Assembly (NCBI GenBank): GCA_041577335.1 | Contig: JBFGJH010000001.1 | Coordinates: 4,221 to 68,220, forward strand | Direction of reading: 5' to 3' | Origin: Acidimicrobiia bacterium | GTDB taxonomy: Bacteria > Actinomycetota > Acidimicrobiia > Spongiisociales > JAENVV01 | DNA: 64,000 nt | Shown: positions 27,983-37,427 of the stretch, in pieces | Layout: every line of letters begins with the position of its first letter | Position numbering within the stretch: the first letter of the stretch is position 1 | Position numbers and translations under genes: made by a program | The notes under the pieces: model-generated | Seen by the model: the letters and a program-made list of their open reading frames with translations, nothing else | Told to the model about the DNA's origin: nothing | Database searches by the model: none

Positions 27983-29104
27983 TCAGATCCCGATCCGGTC
28001 CGCCAAGATCGAGCGGTGATACGCCGGATCGCCAAACATGAGCTCGGAGCTCTTGGCCCGCTTGAAATAGAGGTGAGCGTCGTGCTCCCACGTGAAGCCG
28101 ATGCCACCGTGTATCTGGATGTTCTCGGCGGCTGCCATGAAGTACGCCTCAGAGCAGTAGGCCTTGGCGAGTGGGGCCACGATGGGCAACTCCTCATTGT
28201 CCTCCGAAGCAGCCCATCCTGCGTAGTAGGCAGCAGATTTGGCGGACTCGGTGGCGACCAGCATATCGGCGCATTTGTGCTTGATCGCCTGGAATGAGCC
28301 AATCGGGCGTCCGAATTGCATGCGGTTCTTGGAATACTCGACGGCCATCTCGAGGACCCGCTGGGAACCTCCCACTTGCTCTGCAGCCAGCGCTACCGAT
28401 GCCAGCTGGATCACCCGCTCGATGGTCGGCCATCCGTCACCCTCGGCACCCAGCAGCGAAGCCGCACTCACCGTGACGTCGTCGAGTTGGAGGTGAGTCA
28501 GCTTGCGAGTCTGGTCCATTGCCTCTTGGGGAGTCCTCACGAGTCCAGGTGCATCACCGGCGACGAGGAACAAACTGACGCCGTTCTCGGTTCGGGCCGG
28601 GATCACCAGGAGGTCAGCATTGTGGCCATCGATGACGAACGACTTCTCGCCGTTGATGGCCCATCCGTCGGAATGTGGTACCGCGGTCGCCGTCACGCCG
28701 GCTGAATCCCATCGTCCGCCCGGCTCGGTGAGTGCGACGGTCGCGATGGTGTCGCCGGCAGCAATACCGGTCAAGATCTCCTTCTTCTGGTCCTCCGAGC
28801 CTGCGAACTGGACGGCGTTGGCAGCGAGGATCACGGTTGCCAGGAAAGGGCTTGGCATGACAGCTCGGCCCATCTCTTCGAGGATGACCACCAACTCGAG
28901 AAAGCTGAAGCCGGCGCCGCCGTACTCTTCAGGAATCGCCATGGCCTGCCAACCCATCCCGGCCATCTCCTGCCAAAGCGCCGGATCGTGACCATCGTCG
29001 GTGGCCATCAGCTCTCGCACCCGCTCCGACGGCATCTTGTCGTCGAGGAAGCGACGTGCCGTCTCCCGAAGAAACAGCTGCTCCTCGCTGAACGCAAAAT
29101 TCAT
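27983..29104 (-). CDS. Acyl-CoA dehydrogenase
   Basis: ACAD three-domain signature with C-terminal QIHGGIGFTWEH and catalytic Glu region. Heads the mutase operon. Confidence 0.85.
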   Translation of the reverse strand: MNFAFSEEQLFLRETARRFLDDKMPSERVRELMATDDGHDPALWQEMAGMGWQAMAIPEEYGGAGFSFLELVVILEEMGRAVMPSPFLATVILAANAVQFAGSEDQKKEILTGIAAGDTIATVALTEPGGRWDSAGVTATAVPHSDGWAINGEKSFVIDGHNADLLVIPARTENGVSLFLVAGDAPGLVRTPQEAMDQTRKLTHLQLDDVTVSAASLLGAEGDGWPTIERVIQLASVALAAEQVGGSQRVLEMAVEYSKNRMQFGRPIGSFQAIKHKCADMLVATESAKSAAYYAGWAASEDNEELPIVAPLAKAYCSEAYFMAAAENIQIHGGIGFTWEHDAHLYFKRAKSSELMFGDPAYHRSILADRIGI

Positions 29105-29176
29105 GACCACGGCCCTTTGGTTGCTGGACACGATGTTAACCAATGTTCACGGGCACGCGTTCAGGTACCGTGAGCC

Positions 29177-29779
29177 TTGGTGGAACGAGTTCTGACAACT
29201 GAATCAGCCGATATCTGGCGGTCCGTCGTGGGGCCTCTCGCCAACAACGTGTACGTCCTCAGCTGCCGAACGAGCGGCGCCTCCGTCATCGTCGATGCGG
29301 CCGCAGAGCCCGCAAGGCTGTCGAAAGCCCTGGCGCGTTTTTCTCCGGAACTGATCCTCACGACTCACGGACATGCCGACCACATCGGCGCGGTCGACCG
29401 CCTGCGACGCGAGGGCCTGGTCTTTGCCATGCATGTCGCCGACCAATTCCTCACCGCAACGCCGATCGACCGAGCGCTTGCCGGCGGTTTCGTAACGTGC
29501 GGAGACCTCGCGGTCCAGGTGCTGGAAACACCGGGTCACACGCCCGGCTCGGTTTGTTTCTTCGTGGACGGCGTGCTCCTGACGGGAGACACGCTCTTTC
29601 CCGGCGGGCCCGGAGCAACCCGCTTTGCCTACTCGGACTTCGATCAAATCATCGCCAGCATCACCAGCAAGCTCTTCTCCCTCGATCCGGCCACGCCGTT
29701 CTTTCCGGGTCACGGCGAGCCGAGCACCATCGGCGCCGAGGCTCCTTCGCTGGACGAATGGATCGCCAGGAGATGGTGA
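29177..29779 (+). CDS. MBL-fold metallo-hydrolase (glyoxalase II-like)
   Basis: THGHADHIG motif and downstream His/Asp ligands; 200 aa. Confidence 0.8.
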   Translation: MVERVLTTESADIWRSVVGPLANNVYVLSCRTSGASVIVDAAAEPARLSKALARFSPELILTTHGHADHIGAVDRLRREGLVFAMHVADQFLTATPIDRALAGGFVTCGDLAVQVLETPGHTPGSVCFFVDGVLLTGDTLFPGGPGATRFAYSDFDQIIASITSKLFSLDPATPFFPGHGEPSTIGAEAPSLDEWIARRW

Positions 29780-29913
29780 TCGAGTCCGCCCTCCAGGTCC
29801 GTGGCGGTCGATGGCGCTACTTCATCCCGCTGCTCAGAGCCGACGATCGCATCGCACCAACCCTTCCTGCGATGCGGGCCTGAACCTCGAAACTCTCAAG
29901 CGTTACGGCCAGA

Positions 29914-30963
29914 TTGCCGATGCTTGCACGCAGAACCGTTGGAGCGCTGTTGGCGGAGCACGAACACATCGAAATCGATTTTCCTTCGCTCGGATCTAGG
30001 CACGATCAGGATCCCGAGCCGGACGCGTCGGTCGCCCACGAGCAGGAGGAAGACGACTTCTCGTGGTTGGCGATGGCGTTCGCAGACGAGGACGAGCCTG
30101 ACGTCACCGAGCTGGCACGCGACGAAGACGACGACACCGATGTGGAACATCCCTCCCCCGAGGACATCGAAGCAATCGCCTCGGCTCTCGACGACGGCTC
30201 CAGCCACGACGCACCGCCAACCGCGCGCCGTGCGGCTGATGAGAACGCCACCGAGGTGCAGCCAACAGCCGCCGACGTGCCGCCAACCGCCGCCGACGTG
30301 CAGCCAACCGCCACCGACGTGCAGCCAACATCCGCGACGGACGAGCAGTTGCGTCCTCCGCCGTCCTCTGACTCGTTGGACGAGCCTATTGACGAACACT
30401 GGACGGCCGCCGACCTCGCCGCGGACTTGAGTGCTGTCATCACCGATGCGCCCGAGGTCGAGATCGTGAGTGCTTTCGAGGCAGACGACATTGATCCACT
30501 CGACCCCCTCGATCTCGACCTCGATGAAGTCCTCGACCTCGACGACGTGGTTTCCCAACTCTCGGTCGACAGCCTCGAGGAGCTGACGCTCATCGGTGGC
30601 GCCGACCAACCCGCCGTTGGTGAGCCGACCTCCGCAACGACGGCGCCTGACACGGCTGATTCGTCTCCATCCGACGAAGCGCCTTCCGGCCACGAAGCCC
30701 GAGAACTCGACCAGAGCGCCGGCGGGCGCGCCTCCGCCGGCGGAGCCCCCGAAGAGGATGCCCCGGTGAAATCGCCACCCACGCTCGGCAAGGGCGCGCC
30801 TATTGCCGAACGGAGCGAGCCAGGAGAACCAGACGAACCGGTCGAGCGCGATGCCAGCGAGACCGACGAGAACGCTGCCGCCGAGGAACCAGGCCCGCCG
30901 CGCCGGTCGGGCCTACGGGAGGAACTGCTCGGCACGTTCAGCCAGCTCTACGGAAAACGCTGA
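29914..30963 (+). CDS. Highly acidic, low-complexity (intrinsically disordered) protein with tandem heptapeptide repeats (QPTAADV)
   Basis: 349 aa, roughly 30% D+E. Strand chosen by GC3 and frame; the exact start is uncertain. Confidence 0.45.
   Translation: MPMLARRTVGALLAEHEHIEIDFPSLGSRHDQDPEPDASVAHEQEEDDFSWLAMAFADEDEPDVTELARDEDDDTDVEHPSPEDIEAIASALDDGSSHDAPPTARRAADENATEVQPTAADVPPTAADVQPTATDVQPTSATDEQLRPPPSSDSLDEPIDEHWTAADLAADLSAVITDAPEVEIVSAFEADDIDPLDPLDLDLDEVLDLDDVVSQLSVDSLEELTLIGGADQPAVGEPTSATTAPDTADSSPSDEAPSGHEARELDQSAGGRASAGGAPEEDAPVKSPPTLGKGAPIAERSEPGEPDEPVERDASETDENAAAEEPGPPRRSGLREELLGTFSQLYGKR
30259..30342 (+). repeat. 21-bp tandem repeat x3 plus one degenerate copy, inside the acidic-protein CDS
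   Basis: cagccaacagccgccgacgtg / ccgccaaccgccgccgacgtg / cagccaaccgccaccgacgtg / cagccaacatccgcgacggac. Confidence 0.8.
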
Positions 30964-31018
30964 CTAGTCCTCACGCACGGGGACAATAGTTCTCAATCTT
31001 CTCGGGCTTGACGCCGAT

Positions 31019-33637
31019 ATGGATAGGTGCGGGGGCGTAGCGATTCGCCACGGTCAGTCCCGTTCGGAGCGAGGCACAGTGAGCAACCTAAGCATCGGAG
31101 TCAAGAGGGTTTGGCTCCTCTCAGGCAGCGTGGCCGCTGCGGCCGGCCTGCTCATCCTTGCCATTCGCGGACTCCCCACACTCGCTCCCGACCAATTCCA
31201 AGTGACCTGGTGGGCTCTGGCGATCATGTTGTACCTGGCCGAGATCACCGTCGTTCACCTCAGGTTCAACCGGCACGCCTACTCGTTCTCCATGAGCGAA
31301 ATCCCCATGGTGGTGGCGTTGTTCATGGTGGGGCCCCTGGTGTTCGTCATCGCACAACTGCTGGCGACCGGCACGGCCTTGCTCGTCAACCGGCGTCAGC
31401 CTTGGCTCAAGCTGACATTCAACCTGGCCCACCTCACATTCGAGTCGGTGGTCGCCGTCATCGTCTTCCGATCGATTGTCGCGTTTGGCGATCCACTGGG
31501 GGTGTTTGGCTGGCTCGCTGCCCTGGTTGCTGTCCAAATCTCCGTCGTAATCGCCAATATCCTCATCAATGCAGCCATCCAGATGTCTGGGGCCAACCTC
31601 GAACGAACCGAACGCCTCGAAGTCTTCGGCATCACCGCTCTGGCGGCGGCCATGAACACAGCGCTGGCGTTGGTTGGTGTGACCATCCTCTGGACCGCAC
31701 CCGAGACCGCCTGGCTCGCCCTCGTCCCTCCCATGGTCCTCTTCCTGGCATATCGTGCCTACGTCGGACAGCGGGTCGAGAAATCTCGCCTCGAGTCCTT
31801 GTACGAAGCCACGCGGGCGCTCCACTCGTCCCCGCAGATCGAAGCCGCCCTGAGCGCGGCTGCCGAATTCGCCCAACACATGTTCGAGGCCGAAGTCGTC
31901 GAGATCACCCTGCTCCCCGAGGGCGAGAACCACCCCGCCTACCGAACGTCGATCGGCCCGGACGAAAAGCACTCGATGATGCAGCCCGTCTCACTCGGCG
32001 ATGAGCTGGCTGCGCTGCGCGAGATCACCGCGGGCGGTGAAGCGACTTTCGTCCCTGATGCCGCGAGCAAGTTCTCCGGCCGGGCCACTCCGATGACCGA
32101 CGTCATGGCCGCCCCCCTGACATCCGATGGCCGGGTATTCGGCGTACTGCTCCTCGCCAACCGACTCGGTGATGTGAGCGAATTCGATCGCAGCGACGTT
32201 CGCCTCCTCGAGACGTTCGCTTCCCAGGTGAGTGTCTCTCTCGAGAATGGCCGTCTCGAGGATTCGCTCTTGCAGCTCACCGAGCTGAAGGACCAACTGC
32301 GCCACCAAGCGCTCCACGATTCGCTCACCCAGCTCGCCAATCGGACGTTGTTCACAGAACGCGTTGAGGCTGCCATCGACACAGAGCCCAATGAGCTCGT
32401 GGCGGTTCTCTTCCTCGACCTCGACGACTTCAAGACCGTGAACGACTCTCTCGGCCATGCGGCCGGCGACACCCTCCTCACCCAGGTTGCCAACCGGTTG
32501 CGAACGCTGACGAGGCCACACGACATCGTGGCACGCCTTGGAGGCGATGAGTTTGCGGTGCTGGTCGGTGAGTTGGCCGATCCTCGCCAGGCAACCGACG
32601 TGGCTCAACGAATCATCGACGGCCTGATCCCACCATTCTCGATCGAGGGACGAGACCTCACCGTTCGATCATCCATCGGTGTGGCATATGGGACGGGGCG
32701 GGGCATCGAGGCCGACCAGCTTCTCCGCAATGCGGATGCCGCGATGTATGCCGCCAAACAATCGACGAAGGGCACGTTTCGGGTCTTCGAAGACGAAATG
32801 CATGCCGAGCTGATTCGACGACTCGAGCTGAAGGCAGACTTGCGAGCCGCAATCGAACAAGGGGATCTCCACGTCAAGTACCAGCCGATCGTTGACCTCT
32901 TCACCGGAGAGATATCCGGAGTCGAAGCTCTCGTTCGATGGGACCATCCGACGCGCGGTGAGGTTCCTCCCAGCATGTTCATTGCGTTCGCAGAAGAGAC
33001 CGGTCAGATCGAAGCAATCGGGCGGTTGGTCATGGACAGGGCTATCGCCGATATCGGCCATCTCCATCGACTGTTCCCGGACCGACGTCTGTCCATGGCT
33101 GTGAACCTGTCCCCACGCGAGCTCGGTGATCCCGACTTCGCCAGGGAGATCGCCGCCCGGTTGAATCGCCACGAGGTGAAACGAGAGCTCTTGGTTCTCG
33201 AAATCACAGAGAACATCGTGATGCAGACCGCAATCGGGACGCTCGACGATCTCCGACTGCTCGGCGTGCGTATCGCCATCGACGACTTCGGGACCGGGTA
33301 TAGCTCGCTCGCCTACCTCGACCGGTTGCCGATCGACCTCATCAAGATCGACAAGTCGTTCGTGGACCGCCTCGCCGAGGAGACGCCTCTGGTACGAACT
33401 GTGTTGCAGCTGGGCCAGGCCATCGGCATGGACTCGGTGATCGAGGGCATCGAGACGCCGGATCAGCTCGATCGGTTGCGCACGTTGGGGTGCTCGTATG
33501 GGCAGGGCTACTTCCTTTCGCGGCCCCTCGATCTTCAACAGCTGGAAGCCCTCCTTCGTGAGTCGAAGCCGCTTGTTGCTCCCGTGCCCGTCGACGGTGA
33601 CCGGGCGAAGCATTCCCACCTCCGAATCATCAGCTGA
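31019..33637 (+). CDS. Membrane sensor c-di-GMP enzyme: N-terminal multi-TM domain, then GAF, GGDEF and EAL domains (bifunctional diguanylate cyclase/phosphodiesterase)
   Basis: GGDEF (RLGGDEFAV) and EAL (EALVRW, DDFGTGYSS, KIDKSFV) motifs present. The true start may be GTG near 31079. Confidence 0.85.
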   Translation: MDRCGGVAIRHGQSRSERGTVSNLSIGVKRVWLLSGSVAAAAGLLILAIRGLPTLAPDQFQVTWWALAIMLYLAEITVVHLRFNRHAYSFSMSEIPMVVALFMVGPLVFVIAQLLATGTALLVNRRQPWLKLTFNLAHLTFESVVAVIVFRSIVAFGDPLGVFGWLAALVAVQISVVIANILINAAIQMSGANLERTERLEVFGITALAAAMNTALALVGVTILWTAPETAWLALVPPMVLFLAYRAYVGQRVEKSRLESLYEATRALHSSPQIEAALSAAAEFAQHMFEAEVVEITLLPEGENHPAYRTSIGPDEKHSMMQPVSLGDELAALREITAGGEATFVPDAASKFSGRATPMTDVMAAPLTSDGRVFGVLLLANRLGDVSEFDRSDVRLLETFASQVSVSLENGRLEDSLLQLTELKDQLRHQALHDSLTQLANRTLFTERVEAAIDTEPNELVAVLFLDLDDFKTVNDSLGHAAGDTLLTQVANRLRTLTRPHDIVARLGGDEFAVLVGELADPRQATDVAQRIIDGLIPPFSIEGRDLTVRSSIGVAYGTGRGIEADQLLRNADAAMYAAKQSTKGTFRVFEDEMHAELIRRLELKADLRAAIEQGDLHVKYQPIVDLFTGEISGVEALVRWDHPTRGEVPPSMFIAFAEETGQIEAIGRLVMDRAIADIGHLHRLFPDRRLSMAVNLSPRELGDPDFAREIAARLNRHEVKRELLVLEITENIVMQTAIGTLDDLRLLGVRIAIDDFGTGYSSLAYLDRLPIDLIKIDKSFVDRLAEETPLVRTVLQLGQAIGMDSVIEGIETPDQLDRLRTLGCSYGQGYFLSRPLDLQQLEALLRESKPLVAPVPVDGDRAKHSHLRIIS

Positions 33638-33750
33638 CCTCTTGACAGGACGGCATTTCGCCGCCACCCTTCAGCCTCACAAGAGGGCGTCTACGCGCCG
33701 GTGATGGGAGCACCGGATCAGGTGACTCCTCCGAGCAGACGTAGGACGAC

Positions 33751-34965
33751 ATGGGCTATTACGGAAATCTTCGAGCGAAAGAAGACGCAGGTCGTGGCCT
33801 CGCCGTGCGCATCGACATCAGCGCCGATGCGGTTGTGCTCCTCGACTCCTCAGACATACTGGGCTCCTGGGAAGCCGACGAGGTAGCAATTGAGCGCCTG
33901 GACGGCGACGTCTTTCGACTCGACCTTGGCGAAGAAACGTTCCTCTTCGAGTCAGCAGACCGCCTCTCCTTCGGATACGAAGGCCTTCAGAAGCTCGCAG
34001 ACGCTCAAGCCAATCTCAATCGGGGCTTGCGGGGTCGACTACGAAGGCGGCGTCGCCGGGCCAACTCGCCGGCCAAGCCGGCGAGTCCCGTCTCCGGTCG
34101 CAAGGCTCTCTCGGATCACACCCTCGATGTTGGTGAGGCCACCAAACCGACTGCGCCGGCCTCGGCAGCTGCGATCTTGGCTCGGGGCTACGAGCCACTG
34201 CCTGAGCTCACACCTGCTGCGAGCGAGCCGACCAGCCAACCATCGTCCGAACTCCCGGACGCTCCCGACCCCACGCCGGTGACACTGGCACCTGCCGCCG
34301 AGCTCACTCGCGACGAGGCCATGGCAGCCCTCTCCTCGCTCGGGGTGGCAGCCGGGGATGTCAATGGAAGCGCGACGCCATTGAGCGAGAAGCTGGCAAG
34401 TAGTCTCAACGACGACAACCCAATTCCTGCCCTGCCGGGTCGTGCCCAGGAGGACATACGTTCTCCACGCCTCGAGAAGGAAGAAACCATTTCGCACGCC
34501 AAGCCACCTGCCGACCCATGGGACAATGCCGACGAGCACTCACCGGAAAGCACTGCCCCTCCCCCTCCCCCAGCGCCGTCTCCTGCTGGTGCCGCCAAAC
34601 CGAAGACTCCTCCGAAGGAGCGCCATGATTCGGACCCACCCCCTCCCGTTCCGGCAGCTCCGGACCCGCCGGCAGACCAAAACGAGATCATTGCACCTGA
34701 GAGGGTTCAGGCTGTGGCCTCAGAGCTACCCGTCGAGGCAATCCCGGCCGAGGCCGACCGTGAGCTCGGCACCAAGACGGCGGCGCAGCCAGACGAGTCC
34801 GAGGTGGTCATCGACCTCACGACAACGTCGACCGGGCGGACGTTCATGGATCGATTCCGTCTACGGAAGCGACATGAGCACACCTACGCCGAAGACACCG
34901 TGTCCGGTGGGATAGTCCGACGCGTGTGCTCTGAATGCCATCATGTTTCCATTGGGGCTTCGTGA
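33751..34965 (+). CDS. Hypothetical protein: N-terminal ~90-aa folded domain, long Pro/Ala-rich disordered linker, C-terminal Cys/His cluster (CSECHH)
   Basis: 404 aa, high GC3. Stop overlaps the GTG start of the next gene. Confidence 0.45.
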   Translation: MGYYGNLRAKEDAGRGLAVRIDISADAVVLLDSSDILGSWEADEVAIERLDGDVFRLDLGEETFLFESADRLSFGYEGLQKLADAQANLNRGLRGRLRRRRRRANSPAKPASPVSGRKALSDHTLDVGEATKPTAPASAAAILARGYEPLPELTPAASEPTSQPSSELPDAPDPTPVTLAPAAELTRDEAMAALSSLGVAAGDVNGSATPLSEKLASSLNDDNPIPALPGRAQEDIRSPRLEKEETISHAKPPADPWDNADEHSPESTAPPPPPAPSPAGAAKPKTPPKERHDSDPPPPVPAAPDPPADQNEIIAPERVQAVASELPVEAIPAEADRELGTKTAAQPDESEVVIDLTTTSTGRTFMDRFRLRKRHEHTYAEDTVSGGIVRRVCSECHHVSIGAS

Positions 34966-35717
34966 GCGAGCTCGTCCCGATCCTTTTTGTAGTCATCATC
35001 GTGATCGGCCTTGTGAGGAGCAGCCGGCGGCGTCGACGAAGACACCGCCCGGAGTTGTCATGGACCAGTCCAGACTCGATCGGCGGCCTTCCCTTTCCCG
35101 AATCGACGGGCCTGCCGGACACCGGCGGCGTCCCAGCCGAGACTCAGCAGCGCAGAGCAACAACCACAGAGATCGCTGACGTGCTGACGAGCGTATTGCA
35201 TTCAGACCAGCCCCTTGCGGCCACGCCGGCGCCGACCGCTCCGCAGCCTCCCTCGGCAACGCCTCGCCCGGTGCCCGGCCCCGACCAGGAGCGTGCAATC
35301 ACCGGCGAAGGTGGCACCGGGCCGCCTGACGGTCCTCGTGCAGAAGACGAGGATGATGTGGCAACGCCAGCACCGATCTTTGCTGACATCGACCCGGCGA
35401 CCATGGACCCCACGGTCGCGGCGGCCATGACCGACGACAACCTTCTCCGCGCTGCTCGGACGATGCGCAACGCCTCCCTCAACGGGATCGAAGGCTCGGA
35501 TCTGGCGCTGGGGATGCTGTATTGGAAAATGGGGCGGGTCGATGAAGCCGAGGGGAAACTGAGGAACATCGCTCGCACCGAAGGGATCGCCGCCAACAAC
35601 CTGGCGGCGATCCTGGAATCCAGGGGATATCTCCGCGAGGCGATGCCCTTCTACCGTCGTGCTGCCCGGGCAGGTAACGCCGAAGCAACCGCCAACCTGG
35701 TTCGTTTGGAAGGCTGA
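34962..35717 (+). CDS. Membrane-anchored protein with a Pro-rich linker and C-terminal Sel1/TPR-like repeats
   Basis: GTG start overlapping the upstream stop (GTGA). N-terminal TM helix (LVPILFVVIIVIGLV); Sel1-like YWKMGRVDEAEGKLRNIA...AARAGNAEATANL. Confidence 0.45.
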   Translation: MSELVPILFVVIIVIGLVRSSRRRRRRHRPELSWTSPDSIGGLPFPESTGLPDTGGVPAETQQRRATTTEIADVLTSVLHSDQPLAATPAPTAPQPPSATPRPVPGPDQERAITGEGGTGPPDGPRAEDEDDVATPAPIFADIDPATMDPTVAAAMTDDNLLRAARTMRNASLNGIEGSDLALGMLYWKMGRVDEAEGKLRNIARTEGIAANNLAAILESRGYLREAMPFYRRAARAGNAEATANLVRLEG

Positions 35718-35742
35718 GCGGCGTTTCGGCGTTGCAACAGGC

Positions 35743-36135
35743 ATGCGCTGGACCGATCTGCTCAACGACCCCAAAACCGTCATCGCCGTGGTGGGTGCCA
35801 CCGACTCCCCGGGGAAGTTCGGGGGCCGCATCTATCGCAACCTCAAAGCGAAGGGCTTCACGGTCTATGCGGTGAACCCCAATCGAGACTCGGTCGATGG
35901 GGATCCCGCCTACCCGACGTTGCGGGCGCTCCCCGAGCCTCCCGACATCATCGACATCGTCGTGCCGGCCGCCGCCGGGGCATCCGTCGTGAGTGAGGCC
36001 GTAGAACTGGGACTCGACCAGGTGTGGATCCAGCCCGGCGCGGAAAGGCCCTCGCTGATCGCAACGCTCGAAGAAGCCGGGATTCATTACCTCGTCGGCC
36101 GTTGCATCATGATCGAGGCTCCTCACCACCCCTGA
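35743..36135 (+). CDS. CoA-binding domain protein (YccU/YneT-like)
   Basis: VIAVVGATDSPGKFGGRIYRNL motif of the CoA_binding_2 family; ~130 aa. Confidence 0.7.
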   Translation: MRWTDLLNDPKTVIAVVGATDSPGKFGGRIYRNLKAKGFTVYAVNPNRDSVDGDPAYPTLRALPEPPDIIDIVVPAAAGASVVSEAVELGLDQVWIQPGAERPSLIATLEEAGIHYLVGRCIMIEAPHHP

Positions 36136-36499
36136 CTAGTCCCTGCGAAAATCCCGGGAATGGCACTCCAGTTTCTGAGGCGCTTCGGCCGATACAAGAA
36201 ACAGAGAAACTTCACGAAGGGACAAACACATGCCTGCATTCGGACTTGCTTGGGATCACGGCAAGCGTCGTGTGCTGATGGCCCTCGTCGCACTGATTGC
36301 GGTGTTGGCGGTGGCCGCCAGTTCCCTCGGTGGATTCGCTGCGGTCGAGGCTGCACGCGGCGTCAGCCGCACGACGGTGGACGCACCGATCGAGCGAGTC
36401 GATCCAGGTGGCGTACAACGTCTGGCAGTCACCTGGGGCTAACCCACTGAGATCACCCACGATCGCGCGAGGACGGTGCACAAGCATCGTCCTCTCTCG

Positions 36500-37303
36500 T
36501 TAACCGCCCACCATGACGTAGCTGGCTTCCCAGAGGCGCAGCGCGACGTCTTCGTCCGCAGCGACTGGCGACGGAGCACGGAGCAGCCCCTGGTCGTAGT
36601 AGCCGCCGTTTTCGACGTGGGCAGCAGTCGCAGCGCCAATGACGTGCGTCGCTCCATCGGCTGGGGTCGCCATGCGTCGCATCAGCCACCAGCGGATCGG
36701 CTGCGGAACTGGTCGCCAGATCTCGCTGGCGACCATTCCCGGGTGAACGGCGACGCTCGTAACCGCCGGCCACCTCCGTGCCGCCTCCCGGACGAAGAGA
36801 ACGTTGGCCAGTTTGGACCGGCGGTAGGCCTCGAAGCCCGTTGCTCGCTCCGTACGGGAGAGGGTCGCGCAATTCCAGTCCATTGCGTCGAAATGGGCGT
36901 TCGAGGAGACCACAACCAGCCGCCCACCGTCGAGTTGGTTCGACAGAAGGGAGGCGAGCAGGAAGTGGCCGAGATGGTTAACCGCAAAGGTGCGCTCGAA
37001 CCCATCTTCGGTCACGGGTGCCCGCCCGACAACGCCGGCATTGGCGACCAGTACGCCCAGTTTCCCGAGTTTGCCGATTGCCTCGCCGGCACGACGCACC
37101 GACGCAAGAGAGCCGAGATCCAGATCAACAGCGATGTGGTGCGAGCCGGACCGTCGCAACGCTTTGAGTAATCCCGACCGTTCGGCAGATGGTCGTCCGG
37201 CGGCAACGATGATCGCTCCCCTGTCCGCCAATCCCTCCGCAGTCGCCCGTCCGATGCCGCGACTGGCGCCCGTGATGACACATGTCTTTCCTGCGATGTC
37301 CCA
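36500..37303 (-). CDS. Short-chain dehydrogenase/reductase (SDR)
   Basis: GKTCVITGASRGIG cofactor motif; NAG; YxxxK (YRRSK). Start set at a GTG ~5 aa before the Gly motif; the longer ORF is an artefact. Confidence 0.75.
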   Translation of the reverse strand, partial: WDIAGKTCVITGASRGIGRATAEGLADRGAIIVAAGRPSAERSGLLKALRRSGSHHIAVDLDLGSLASVRRAGEAIGKLGKLGVLVANAGVVGRAPVTEDGFERTFAVNHLGHFLLASLLSNQLDGGRLVVVSSNAHFDAMDWNCATLSRTERATGFEAYRRSKLANVLFVREAARRWPAVTSVAVHPGMVASEIWRPVPQPIRWWLMRRMATPADGATHVIGAATAAHVENGGYYDQGLLRAPSPVAADEDVALRLWEASYVMVGG

Positions 37304-37427
37304 CACCGGGCCGATGGTAGGCGTGCCGATGAGTAGCCTCGGCGCATCCCTCCCAAGGAGCAATTCCGTGACACTGACCGAACGCCAGCAAGAGCTATGC
37401 ACATCGAGCAGCTGGGATTTCTCTGAC

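Noticed and set aside
30259-30342. Tandem 21-bp repeats considered as a possible CRISPR or minisatellite
   Set aside because: No spacers, period too short, and embedded in-frame in a CDS (heptapeptide repeat). Not a CRISPR array.
30006-30935. 309-aa Ser/Ala-rich ORF on the minus strand opposite the acidic repeat protein
   Set aside because: Lower GC3 and the mirror image of the acidic frame; treated as a shadow. Neither strand is proven, so the plus-strand call itself carries only 0.45 confidence.
36230-36442. 70-aa plus-strand ORF in the CoA-binding/SDR intergenic region
   Set aside because: GC3 only ~60% against ~80% for neighbouring genes, and no motif. Not called as a feature.
36990-37427. 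N-terminal 146-aa extension of the flavodoxin-fold ORF (start at 36990 or 37329)
   Set aside because: It overlaps the divergent SDR gene. The extension is Pro/Ser/Arg-rich non-coding-like, and the conserved N-terminus LFINCTLKPSP begins right after the TTG at 37428.
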